From Chiloscyllium plagiosum (Eukaryota), in the NCBI RefSeq assembly GCF_004010195.1, contig NC_057718.1:68892449-68913578 (forward strand): DNA of 21,130 bases, read 5' to 3'. The position numbers and the translations under genes are program-made. Of the stretch, positions 1-11,669 are shown one piece after another. Each line of letters opens with the position of its first letter. Within the stretch, counting starts at the first letter, position 1. The notes under the pieces were generated by a model. It was not told where the DNA came from. It did no database searches and saw nothing but the letters and a program-made list of their open reading frames with translations.

Positions 1-196
1 CAGATGGTGTTTATTGTAAAGAGGGTTGGAATATAAAAGTAGGGATTTTTGACTGCAGTTGTTAAGGGTTTTGGAGGCTGGGTCATTGAATTTATCCAAA
101 GCTGAGTTAGGAGTTATGGAACCGCATCTGAAACTGGAGTTGAGACCACTGTTAGATCAATCATTCATCAATTATTGAATGGTGGATATGCTTGAT
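1..196 (+). mobile_element. Old degraded CR1 LINE 3' region, resuming at about 1022-1060 after a nested insertion
   Basis: CR1-like 3' tail 'gatcaatc...ttattgaatggtggatatgcttgat' continues as 'ggctgaatggtcaattcctgctcctaatt' at 1022. Confidence 0.6.
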
Positions 197-1016
197 AGAA
201 TGGTGGATAGGTGTTTGATAAGGTTCCCCATGGTATGCTGATGGAGAAAATGAAGTCGCATATGGTCCAGGGTGTACTAATTAGATACATAGAGAACTGG
301 CCGGGCAGCAGAAGACAGAGAGTAGTAGTGGAAGGGAGTTTCTCAAAATGGAGAACTGTGACCAGCGGTGTTCCACAGGGATCCATTTTGGGACCACTGT
401 TGTTTGTGATATACATAAATGATTTGGAGGAAGGTGTAGGTTGCCTCATTCAACAAGTTTGCAGATGACACTAAGAGTGGTGGAGTAGCAGATGATGAAG
501 GGACTGTCAGAGAATACATCAGAATATAGATAGCTTGGAAAGTTGGGCAGAGAAATAGCAGATGGAGTTCAATCCGGGCAAATACGAGGTGATGCATTTT
601 GGTAGATCCAATTCATGAGCGAACTGTACGGTAAATGGAAAAGCCCTGGGGATAATTGATGTACGGAGAGATCTGGATGTTCAGGTCCATTGAACCATGA
701 AGGCCTCAACGCAGGTTGATAGTGTGGTCAAGAAGGCATCCGGCATGCTTTCCTTCATTTAGGGGTGGGGGGATGTGGTGGGGGGGAGTTCTTTACGCAG
801 ATGGTGGCAGGTGCCTGGAATGCATTGCCAGCGGAGGTGGTAGAGGCGGGCACGATAGTGTCATTTAAGATGTATTTAGACAGATACATGAATGGGCAGG
901 GAGCAGAGGGATACAGATCCTTAGAAAGGTTTAGATAGAGGATCTGGATTGGCGCAGGTTTGGAGGACCGAAGAGCCTGTTCCTGTGCTGTAATTTTCTT
1001 TGTTCCCTTTTGTTCT
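197..1016 (+). mobile_element. 5'-truncated CR1 LINE (RT C-terminal half plus 3' tail) with an internal deletion near 760-790
   Basis: ORF 211-468 has FDKVPH...[25 protein letters not shown] follows after a frameshift; tail 'gagcctgttcctgtgctgtaa...tgttct'; candidate TSD 'ttgat' at 192-196 and 1017-1021. Confidence 0.85.
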
Positions 1017-1069
1017 TTGATGGCTGAATGGTCAATTCCTGCTCCTAATTACTTTGTTTGTATTTCCCA

Positions 1070-1460
1070 ACTGCTGATCATATCTCTTGATTTCCTCAGC
1101 AACAAACAAAATCTACCTCAGCTTTAAATATGGTCAGCAAAGGAGCATGATAAAATAATCTGGGTTAGATAATTCCAATGACTTGCAACTCTTTCGGAAA
1201 GTCTCAGCATCAATCCTGTCAAGTCTGTACATAATCTTGCATGTTTCAATAAGATCAGCTCCATTCTTCTAAACTTCAGAAGGTATCTTATCATATGACA
1301 ACCTTCATCACAAAATTACAGAATTGTTGAAGTATCTTAGAATCATTATTCCACAAACCACTGAACCTTTACTGCATTGCATCCAATACAAGTACGTCTT
1401 TAGACCAAACCTATGCACAGTTTGTATAGTCTTACCAAAACCCTGTACCATCTTAACAAC
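1070..1460 (-). mobile_element. Highly degraded CR1 3' fragment
   Basis: Patchy resemblance to the reverse complement of CR1 3' regions ('catgtttcaataagatcagctccattcttctaaact'). Confidence 0.4.
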
Positions 1461-1816
1461 ACCCTTGTTGCAACTGCTACCTCTGGAAGCAGGCATCAGA
1501 TAGCAGTTAAGGTGGGTGAATGACAAGGCCAACAAGCCGTGGAGGTGTACCACTCTTTATTGCAACAGTAACCCAATTGTATTGAACAGTACCATTCCTC
1601 ATCCCTAAGCCCCATCCTTATTAAATGCCTGTGTCCCATAGTCACTCTTAGTACTCCACATCACTCCACACCCATTCCTGTGCTACCTCTTACTTCCATT
1701 GTCCTTTCATGTCCCCTTCATATCACCTGCCTCTTTAAGGTTTTCTCCATATTCTGATAGCCACATCCAGTATCCACAACAGGTAGAGTTCAGGAACATG
1801 TCTTTGAAATGAATTA

Positions 1817-2269
1817 GGAGAAAGTGAGGACTGCAGATGCTGGAGATCAGAGCTTAAAAATGTGTTGTTGGAAAAGTGCAGCAGGTCAGGCAGCATCAAA
1901 GGAACAGGAGAATCGATGTTTTGGGCATAAGCCCTTCTTCAGGATTCTCACAGGAATATACAGACCTTGAACTCTACCTATTTCACCTTTAAAGGCTTGC
2001 TGGAGGTACCTTTGCCAGCAAACAAACTACTCCAATCAACACCTGCCCACTCCTGGTCTATATCCCTCCAAACCTTTCCTATTCATGTATCCATCCAAAT
2101 GTCTTTTAAACATTGTAATTGTACCTGCATCCAGAACCTTCTCAGGAAGTTCATTCCACACTTAAATCGCCCTTTGTAGGAAGAAGGGCTTAAGCCCGAA
2201 ACGTCGATTCTCCTGTTCCTTTGATGCTGCCTGACCTGCTGCGCTTTTCCAGCAACACATTTTTAAGCT
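1817..2269 (-). mobile_element. Penelope-like inverted-terminus insertion with a captured local segment
   Basis: Arm 1817-1944 and arm 2180-2269 are inverted copies; flanked by 'ctttgaaatgaat' at 1802-1814 and 2268-2280; same family as 17694-17935 and 20492-20592. Confidence 0.85.
1944..2178 (-). repeat. Inverted duplicate of 3940-4174
   Basis: Manual alignment: 235 bp, no indels, 9 substitutions; ORFs 1967-2179(+) and 3939-4220(-) give near-identical peptides. Confidence 0.95.
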
Positions 2270-2314
2270 TTGAAATGAATGAGGAAAAAAAAATTCTATC
2301 GATTTAAAAGAGTG

Positions 2315-2761
2315 GACTCAATGGTCTGAGTTATCGGGAGAGGTTGGACAAGCTAGGACTCTTTCCTAAGAACATAGGAAACTGACGGGGGATCTTGTAG
2401 AAGTGTATAAGATCATGAAATGCATTGTTAGGATAATTGCACTCTATCTATTTCCCAGGTTTGGGGAATTGAGGACTAGAGGGCATCGGTTTAAGGTTAG
2501 AGGGAAAAGAATAAAAGGGAACCTGAGGAGCAACTTATTGACACAGAGGGTGGTACGCATATAGAATGAGCTGCCAGCAGAAATGGTTGAGGTGGGTACA
2601 ATAACACCATTTAAAAGGCATTTGGACAAATACGTAGATAGAAAAGGATTAGAAGGATATGGGCCAACAGGGGAATGGGATTAGCGTGGACGGACATTTT
2701 GGCTGGCATGGACCAGTTTGGGCTAAGGGCCTGTCTGTGCTGTAGAACTCAATGATTCTAT
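2315..2761 (+). mobile_element. Short CR1 3'-end copy
   Basis: 'gagaggttggacaagctaggactc...gggcctgtctgtgctgtag' tail; candidate TSD 'gagtg' at 2310-2314 and 2762-2766; resembles 5714-6150. Confidence 0.8.
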
Positions 2762-2989
2762 GAGTGCTCATTAAAAACATGTGTATTTTCAAAAAAGCTC
2801 CAGACCCATTCAAAATGGTAAATCTTCTCTGAGCAAGTTACCCAAAAGGTGGATGATGACACAGTAGTAGATGTTGTTTATTTGAATTTTCAGGAACTGT
2901 TGCATGGTCAGGTGCTGAGGAAGGAGACGTGGTTGTAGTATGGGTCTGCTTCAGGACTTGGTTGAAGAGGTTCAGGGTAGAGGAAATGA

Positions 2990-4078
2990 CCTGCAGTAAA
3001 GCCTTTGACAAGGTCTGCATGGTAGACTAATTAGTAAAGTTAGGTCACATGGAATTCAGGCCGCGCTTGCCAATTGGATACATAATTGGCTTAACAGCAG
3101 GAGACAGAGTAATGGTGGTGGAGGGTTGCTTTTCAGACTGGAGGCCTATGACCAACAGTATACCACAGGGATTGGTTCTGCATCCTGTTTTGTTTGTCAT
3201 TGCATTAAATGATGTGGATGAGAATATAGAAGGCATGGTTAGTAAGTTTGTGAATGACACCAAAATTAGTGTCATAGTAGACAATGAAGAAGGTTTTCTG
3301 AAGTATTAAAGGGATCTTGATCAAATGGGTCAATGGGTGAAAAATGGCAAATGGAGTTCAATCCGGGTAAATGTAAGGTTTTATATTCTGCTACAACAAA
3401 CATGGGTAGGATACATGCAATAATGGTAGGGCCTTGGGTAGTGTTATAGAACAGAGGAACCGAGAGGTGCAGGGACATAATTCTTTAAAGTTTGCTTCAC
3501 ATACAGACAGCGTGGTTAAAAGGCATTTGGCACTCTTGACGACTTTGTTCGGTCCTTTAAGTATAGGACTTGAGAAGTCATGTTGAGGCTGTACAAGACA
3601 TTGGTGAGACCTCTTCTGGAATACTGCATCCAGTTCTGGTCACCTAGTTACAGTAAGGATATTATTAAACTGGAGAGGGTTTAGAAGAGATTTACCAGCA
3701 ATTTGCTGGGTATGGAAGGTTTGGGTTATAAAGAAAGGCTGGACAGGTTGAGACATTTTTCACTGGAGTGTAGGAGGTTGAGAGGTGACCTAATAGAAGT
3801 TTATAAAATAATGAGTGGTACAGGTAGAATTGATAATAGTTGTCTTTTCCCAGAGATGGGGAATTTCAAGACTAGGGCGCATGTTTTTAAATTGAGGGGT
3901 GAGAGATTTAAAAAGACATAAGAGGCAGTTGTTTTTTTTTACAAAGGGTGATTTAAGTGTGGAATGAACTTCCTGAGAAAGTGCTGGATGCAGGTACAAT
4001 TACAATGTTTAAAAGACATTTGGGTGGACACATGAAAAGGAAAGGTTTGGAGAGATATAGACCAGGAATGGGAAGGTG
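2990..4078 (+). mobile_element. 5'-truncated CR1 LINE; its 3' tail resumes at about 6151-6232
   Basis: Degraded RT peptides (IPQGLVL, FVNDTKI, YKERLDRL...RLRGDLIEVYKIM); sequence breaks after 'aggtg' at 4074-4078 and continues 'aggtgggactagtttag' at 6151. Confidence 0.85.
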
Positions 4079-6150
4079 TTGATTGGAGTAGTTTGTTTGC
4101 TGGCAAAGGTACCTCCAGCAAGCCTTTAAAGGTGAAATAGGTAGAGTTCAAGGTCTGTATATTCCTGTGAGAATGAAAGGAAAGGCAACGTTGACAGGAA
4201 TAGGGAACCCTGGCTGTCAAGAGATATTGAGGCTTTGACCAGAAAAAAGGAGGTAACTGGGATCAAGGGAATCCCTGAGGATATATAGGGGTTACAGAAG
4301 TTAACTGAAGAAGGAAATTAGGAAGATGAAAAGAGGGCGTGAGATAACTTTGGCTGGGAAGGTTAGGGTGAATCCAAAGAGGTGTTTTAAGTATGTTAAA
4401 AGAAAAAGAATAACTAGAGAGAGAATAGGACCCCTCAAGGATCGTAGTGGACATATATGTGTAGAACTGCAGGAGATGGGTGACGTCCTCAATGAATACT
4501 TTTCCTCCGTGGGGAAAGACATGAAGAGTTGGGAACTTAGGGAAAATAGTGGTCATTTCTTGGAGGCAGTCCATATCACAGTAGAGGAGGTGTTGGATGT
4601 AATAGAATGTATGAAGGTGTATCAACCTCCTGGTCTTGACCAGATATATCCAAGAACACTGCAAGAGGTTCGAGAAGATGACTGATATTTGTCATCATTG
4701 TTAGCCATGGGTGAGGTCCTGGAATATTGAAGGGTAGCGAATGTTGTGCCCTTATTCAAGGAGGGCTGCAAAGAAAAACCTGGGAACTACAGACTAGTAA
4801 GCCTAATGTCTGTGATAGGTAAGTTACTTGAGAAGATTCTGAGAGATAAGATGTACATGCATTTGGAATGACAGGGTTTGATTAGGGATAGCCAGCATGA
4901 CTTTGTGGGAAATCATGCCTAACAAATTTGTTAGAATTCTTTGAAGTGACCAGGAAAGTAGGGCAGGGCAAAAGACATAATGTATAAGAATTTCAGTACG
5001 ACCTTTGATAAGGTTCCACATGGTCGGCTGCTCTGGAAGGTTAGATCACATGGAATCCAGGAGGAACTGGCAAATTGGATGCACAATTTGCTTAATGGAA
5101 GGAAGCCGAGGGTAATAATGGAAGGATGCTTGTCAGACTGGAAACCTCTAACGAGTGGAGTGCCTCAGGGGTCGGTGCTGGCCCCATTGTTGTTTGTTAT
5201 CTTTATCAATGATTTGGATGAGAATGTACAAGGCATGATTAGTAAGTTTGTAGATAACACTAAAATAGGCAGTATCGTGGACAGTGAGGAAGGTTTTCAG
5301 AAATTGCAGCTGGACCTTGATCAGCTGGGGAAGTTGGCCAAGAAATGGCAAATGGAGTTTAATATAGATAAGTGTGAGGCCTTGCATTTTGGAAAGTCAA
5401 ATCAAGATAGGAGTTTCATGGTGAATGTTGAGGCCTTAAGGAGTGTAGTGGAACAAAGGGACCTTGGAGTGGAAGTGCACAGTTCTCTGAAAGTGGAGTC
5501 ATAGGTAGGTAGGGCAGTGAAGAAGGCTTTTGGCACACTGGCCTTCATCAGTCAGGGCATTGAGTATAGAAGGTGGGAAGTTATGTTGCAGTTGTACAGG
5601 ATGTTGGTGAGGTCGCAATTGGAATATTGTGCTCAATTTTGTTCACCTTGTTAGTGGAAGGATGTTATTAAACTGGAAAGAGTACAGAAGAAATTTTGCA
5701 AGGATGTTGCCAGGACTCAACAGTATGCGTTCTAGCGAGAGATGGGATAAGCTAGGACTTCTTTCTTTAGAGTTAGGAGACTTAAGGGGGAGCTTATAGA
5801 AATGTATGAGATCATGAGAGGAATGAATCGGGTAAATGCACTCAGTCTTTTTCCCAGGGTTGAGGACTAGACAGCATCGGTTTAAGGTGAGAGGGGAAAG
5901 AATAAAAGGAACCTGACTGGCAACGTTTACACAAAGGATGGTGAAACATGGGATGAGTTGCCAGTGGAAGTAAAGTTCGCTGCATTAACAACATTTAAAA
6001 GTCATTTGGACAAATACATGGATAGAGAAGGTTTAGAAGAATATGGGCCAAGTGCAGGGAAATGGGGTTAGCGTGGATGGACATTTTGGCCGGCATGAAT
6101 GAGTTTGGGCCAAAGGGCCTGTCTCTGTGCTTTAAGACTTCTCTGACTTT
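4079..6150 (+). mobile_element. Nested 5'-truncated CR1 LINE (ORF2 linker, RT and 3' tail)
   Basis: ORF 4326-4685 (NPKRCFKYV...PGLDQIYPRTL) and ORF 4980-5504 ([25 protein letters not shown]); TSD 'aggtg' at 4074-4078 and 6151-6155. Confidence 0.9.
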
Positions 6151-8920
6151 AGGTGGGACTAGTTTAGATTGCGGTTATGTTTGGCATGGACTGGTTGGTC
6201 TTAAGGGTCTGTCTCCCTGCTGTATGATTCCATAAGTGTGTCTTGCAGCAAATGCTGATGAGATAGTTGGTGGCAGCTGAACCAAAGTTTCAAAGTGACT
6301 GTTTAAGGCACAAAATCATCCCATTTGCAGTTATGTAGAATTAAAAAGGGGTGGGTGGAGATATTTGGAAAAGAGGTTAGTCTGTTAACTTGGAAAATTG
6401 CCCAGGAGCAAAACTTTCTTGTGCACTTTGGAGTTTAAATATTTGGCTCTTGGCTGCATTGTTTTCTAGGTAAAGGTAAGAGTAATTGTTTAAGTATTCT
6501 AAAATCTGATTACCCCTAACAACTCCACATTCTCCACAGCTAGGGTTTTTCTCACTTCCAGAAGTCTGCAGTTCGTATTCCTTGCTCTCTAGCAAATATT
6601 CTTGCCTCATATTTTCTATTTGCATGATTGTACAAGAGGACCGTTGAAAAAAATTCTCATGATATCAAAATTCCAAATGTAAAGTTGATTCTTGCAAATC
6701 AAATTTATTTCAGATAGCATTCATTATTCATCTCAATTGACTGACAAGTTGGTTAATTTAAATTCAGAGGTGTTAAGCAGCATGGAAATACGCCCATTGG
6801 ACAAATTAGTGTGTGCCAACCAGGGTTCCTAAACTGAATGAATTCCATTTGTTCCTGTTTGGCCCATATCCCTTGAAACATTTCCTATCGGTGTTCCTGT
6901 CCAAATGTCTTTTTAGCATTGACCACTTCCTCTGGCACTTCAATCTATATATGTACCACCCTCTGGGGGAAAACATTGCTCCTCATGTCCTTTTAAAATC
7001 TTTTTTCCTCTCACCTTTCAACCTATGCCCTCTAGTTTTGAACTCCTCCCTATCTTGGGTAAAGACCTTGGCTATTCACCTCATCTATACCCCTCACGAT
7101 TTTATGAATCTTTGCGATCTCCCCTCAGGGTCCGATGCTCCAGAGAAAGAAGGCTTCAACCTAACCAACCTCTCCGTACAACTCGAACCTTCCAGTTTTG
7201 GCAACATTCTTATAAATCATTTTTGCGCCCTTTCCTGTTTAGTACCATTCTTTCTATAGCAGAGCGATGAGAATTGTATGCAGTAGTCTAAATGTGGCCT
7301 TACCAATGTCTTGAACAGCTGTAACATGACATCCCAACTTCTATACTCAGTGCTCTGACCAATGAAGGCAAGGATGCCAAACACCTTTGGCATCACACTG
7401 TCTATCGGTAATGATACTTTCAAGGAAATATATACTTGTACTCCTATGTCTCTCTGTTCAACAACACTCCCCAGGGCCCTGTGCCATTAACTGTCCAAGT
7501 CCTGCCCTAGTTTGTGTTTCCAAAATGCAACACCTCACACTTATCTGAATCAAACTCTATCTGCCATTTCTCAGCCTACTGATCATGATCCCGTTGCAAT
7601 CTGAGATAACCTTCTTCATTGTCCTCTAAAACACCAATTTTGGTGTCTCACACAAACTTATTGACATCCCTCCTGTATTCTCATCCAAATCATTTATATA
7701 AATGACAAACAACAGTGGACCCAACACCAATCTTTGGGGTACACCACTGGTCCCAGGCACCCAGTTTGGAAAAACAACTATCTAGCATCACTCACTGTTT
7801 CCTACATTGATGCCAATTTTGTATCCAATAGGCTAGCTCTCCCCTGGATTCCATGTGATCTAACGCTACCAATTTCATCTACCATGCAGTATCTTGTCAA
7901 AGGCCCTGTTAAAGTTTCTGTAGATAAAGTCTATCATGCTGTCATCTATCTTCTTGATCATCTTTTTAAAAAACTCAATCAAATTAGTAAGACATGATTT
8001 CCCACACACAAAGCCATGCTGACTATCCTTAATCAGTATTGCTTTTCCAAATGCATGTAAATCCTGTCTCTCAGAATCCTCTCCAACAACTTCCCACCAC
8101 TGACATTAGGCTTATTGGTCTGCAGTTGCCAGTGTTTTCCTTACAGTCTTTCTTAAATAATGGCACAACAATAGCCACCCTCTAGTCTACTGGCACTTCA
8201 CTCGTGGCTGTTGATTATACAAATTATCTCTGTAGTGGCCATGCAATTTCTTCCCTTGCTGCCCATAATGTCTTAGATCAGGTTCTGGGGATTTATCTAC
8301 CTTTATGCATTTTAAGACATCCAGCACCTTCTCTTCTGCAATGCAGACTCTTTTCAAGACTTTACTGTTTACTTCCCTGAGTTCTCTAGTTTCCATGTTT
8401 CATCCATGGTAAATGAGAAATATTTGTTTAGGATCTGACCCATCTACCTTGGCTCGAGATGACCTCACTTATCTTTTAAGGGGCCTTATTCTCTCCATAG
8501 TTACTCTTTTGCCTTTAATATGCTTGTAGAATCTCTGGATTCTCCTTAACCTCATCTGGCAAAGCTATTTTATGTCCCCTTTTTGCCCTCCTGATTTCCC
8601 TCTTAAGTGTACACCTGCAACCACGATTCTCCTCAAAAGATTCACTTGATCCCAGCTGCCTCCTTTTTCTTGACCGAAGTCTCAATTTCTGGAGGCATCC
8701 AGCGTCCCCTATTCCTACCAGCCTTGTCCCTTACACCAATAGGAAGTGGTCCAGGACATTCAGCCTCGGACCTTCGGGCGACCATCCTCCAAGGTGGACT
8801 TCGGGACAGGCAGTAGAGGAACGTGGCCGAGCAGAGGCCGATAGCTAAGTTCGGTACCCACAGGGAGGGCCTCAACCGGGACCTTGGGTTCATGTCACAT
8901 TACAGGTGATCGCCATTGCA

Positions 8921-8949
8921 CCACACGCACGCACGCACGCACACACACA
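8921..8949. repeat. (CACG)n/(CA)n microsatellite within the PLE 3' region
   Basis: 'cacacgcacgcacgcacgcacacacaca'. Confidence 0.9.
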
Positions 8950-9017
8950 ATACTTTCAGTTACATCACACTGCAGATCTGTGCAATAAATTCTGTGTTAC
9001 GATCAAGCCCTCTGCAA

Positions 9018-9056
9018 ACACCTGATGAAGGAGCGTCATTCTGAAAGCTATTGTGC
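9018..9056 (+). ncRNA. Minimal type I hammerhead ribozyme motif, degenerate
   Basis: CTGATGA 9022-9028, imperfect stem II, GAAA 9043-9046, palindromic AGCT stem III, CUA triplet, potential cac/gtg stem I offset by 2 nt. Confidence 0.65.
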
Positions 9057-11480
9057 TTCCAATTAAACCTGTTGGACTATAACCTGGTGTTGTGTGATTT
9101 ATAACTTTGTACACCCCAGTTCAACACCGGCATCTCCGAATCATATCTCACTGATGAAAGCTTTCCACTTGCTAGACATCCCTTTATGGTGAACAGCCTC
9201 CCACAATTGACTTTTGAAACTTCCTGTTTAAAACCATCAAAATTGGCCTCTCCCCGATTTAGAACTCTAACTTGTAGACCAGATCTATTCTCTTCACAAC
9301 TATTTTAACACAAAGGGAATTATAGTTACTGGTCCCAGAGAGCTCCCCCACTAAATACCTCAGTCACTTGCCCTGGCTTATTTCCCAAAAGTCTTGCCCC
9401 TTTACATTCTCAAAATTTTTGATTGAGAAACTTTTCCTGAACACATTTAACAAATTCCTCTCCATCCAAGTCCTTAACACAGTCCCAGTCTATGTTTGAA
9501 AAGTTAAAATCCTGTACTGTTACAACCCTATTATTCTTAAATCTATCTGTGATCTCCCTACATAATTGCTCATCAATTTCCTGCTGACTATTGGGGGGAC
9601 CTATTGTAAACTCCCATGAAAATAATCACCCCTTCTTATTTCTTAGCACCATCCATTTAGCTTCACTGGACAATCCCTCAGTAATATCCTCTCTAAGTAC
9701 TGCCATGATGTTTTCCCTCATTAAAAAAAAATGACATTCCTCTCCTCTCTTGCTTCCCCTTCTATCCTTCCTAAGGCATCTGTAACGCGGAGCATTGAAT
9801 TTCCTATCCCATCCCTCCCTCAGTTGTTTCTACAATAGCTATTAAATCCCAATCCAATGTACCCATTCATGCCCTGCGTTTATCTGTCTTCCCTGTCAGG
9901 CCTCTTGCGTTGAAATAAATTCAGTTTATTCATCAGTCTTCCCTTATTCCATGCATACTCTTGCCTTCCTTGTCTGTTTAACTTCTGTGCTAACCTCAAC
10001 CTTCTCCTTTTCCTCACTACTTCTGGTCAGACTTGTTTAAACCCTCCCGAGTAGCTCTAGCAAATTTCCCTGCCAGGATATTAGTCCCCCAGAGGTTCAG
10101 GTGCAAGCTGTCCCTCTTGTACAGGTCACCTCTAATCCAGAATAGATTCCGATGATTGCAAAATCTGAATCCTGCACCAGTTCCTCAGCCATGTGTTCAT
10201 CTGCCCTATTCCTGTTCCTACTATGACTAGCACGTGGCACTGTGAGCAATCCCCTCGAGGGGATCCTGCTTTTTAATCTTATGCCTAATTCCCTATATTC
10301 ATTCTGCAGGATGTCATCTCTTTTTTTTTAACCTATGTCATTGGTACAAATGTGTACAGCGACCTTTGGCTGCTCATGCTCCACTTTGAGTAATTGCTGC
10401 AATCGCTCAGAGCCATCCTTAGTCTCAACACTAAGAAGGCAACAAACCATTCTGGAGTCTCTCTAATGGCTACAGAAATGCCTGTCTGTGGCCCTGACTA
10501 GATAACCCCTATCACAGTTGCCTATTTGGAGTTTGCCATAGCCTGCATTACAACAGAGCTAGTCATGGTGTCATACACCTGGGTGCTGCTACTATTTTTC
10601 CCTGAGAGACTGTTTCCCCCAACAGTATCCAAAATAGTATTTGTTTGAGAGGTGGAGAGCCACAGGAGATTCCTGCACTACCTGCCTATCTCTCCTTGTG
10701 GCTGTCCATCTCCCTGACTGAACCTGCCGTGTGACTGCTTCTCTGAAGCTATTATTTATCACACTCTGTATGCATCTAACTGCTGCTCCAACCAATGCAG
10801 TTTGAGAGGAGCTTCAGCCAGACACTTCCTGCAGACTTGGTTTTCAGGCACAGTTGACTGCCATCTGATCTTCCACATCTGGCAGGAGGAGCGTACCACT
10901 CCACTGACTGTCATCTCTGGCCCTTTTAAAAACTAATCAACTTAGGAGGTGAAACAAAACTCTTACCTTGCAGTTATGTTGTTGCTGTCCGCCCTCGTAA
11001 ACAATGCCCATTCTTCACATAACCCCATAACAGCAGCACTTAGACTGTAAAGCAGCCGCTATCAAAAATGGCCCCACTACTAGAGCCTGCCTACCTTTTG
11101 TTCACTGGTGAAACTAACAGCTGCATATCTTTTTAAGCCTTGCAAGTCTCCAAAACTGCTCCTCTTTGCTCCCTGGGCAGATACTGGTGAAACTTAGAGC
11201 AATCCAAATATTAATTTGGGGATTTACTTGAAGTGTTTCGAAAAATGAAGCATGGGAGTAATGTCTGTTTTTAATATGTCTCTATAATGGCTGAAAATGT
11301 GGTTGAGGTTACTCTTTTAGAGGTAAACAACAATCTACACTGAGTTAGGGGTTAGATGGCTGTGTTGGAGTAGCAAAAAGGTGAAAATTGCAACAGTATT
11401 CTGTCCCATTTTGCATTTGTCCACATTGAAACAACTGAGGTTGCCAACTGTCATCAATTTACACAATTGAGATATTTTGC

Positions 11481-11658
11481 AACAAAAACAGAAATTGTTG
11501 GAGAAACACAGCAGATCTGACAGCATCTATAGAGAGAACACAGTTCACATTTTGACTCCAGTGACCCTTCTTCTGATGCTGCCAGACTTGTTGAGTTTCT
11601 CTAACAATTTCTATTTTTGCTTCAGATTTCCAGCACCTTCATATCTTTGTTTTATTTA
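11481..11658 (+). mobile_element. Older Penelope-like inverted-terminus remnant (third family)
   Basis: 'aaaaacagaaattgttggagaaacacagcagatctgacagcatc' is inverted against 'gatgctgccagacttgttgagtttctctaacaatttctatttttg'; flanks 'agatat(t/g)ttgc' at 11470-11480 and 11659-11669. Confidence 0.75.
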
Positions 11659-11669
11659 AGATATGTTGC

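Larger units (their letters stand above)
8745..9144 (+). mobile_element. Penelope-like element 3' end (second family): GIY-YIG endonuclease C-terminus, CA-rich tract, terminal repeat
   Basis: 8745-8909 translates SGPGHSASDLRATILQGGLRDRQ*RNVAEQRPIAKFGTHREGLNRDLGFMSHYR* with the E...GLN pattern of PLE endonucleases; followed by a hammerhead motif. Confidence 0.85.
6775..11000 (-). mobile_element. Older near full-length CR1 LINE (ORF1, APE endonuclease and RT remnants), interrupted by a PLE at 8745-9144
   Basis: Minus-strand peptides LVRPHLDYCIQF (7217-7423) and KVDKSPEPD (8187-8396); APE start IYFNAR at 9920-9903; ORF1-like QESPVALHLSNKY (10592-10795). 5' boundary approximate. Confidence 0.8.

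Noticed and set aside
761..790. G-rich run with G-quadruplex potential
   Set aside because: Sits at an internal deletion junction of a dead CR1; nothing supports a function.
1465..1800. Unassigned segment with a minus-strand AATAAA near 1556-1561
   Set aside because: Could be an old repeat, but I cannot identify termini or a family.
1817..2269. DNA transposon or MITE interpretation of the inverted arms
   Set aside because: The arms are asymmetric, carry hammerhead motifs, occur solo at 20492 and have variable TSD lengths, which fits Penelope termini better.
6377..6625. 82-aa minus-strand ORF in apparently unique DNA
   Set aside because: No recognisable motif, short, and antisense to the host gene.
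6813..7270. 148-aa and 81-aa plus-strand ORFs (and similar ones at 4263-4664, 13200-13770, 16204-16740)
   Set aside because: Antisense shadows of CR1 coding sequence.
9148..9170. 'ctgatgaaagc' resembling another hammerhead core
   Set aside because: No stem II between CTGATGA and GAAA; lies in antisense CR1 sequence.
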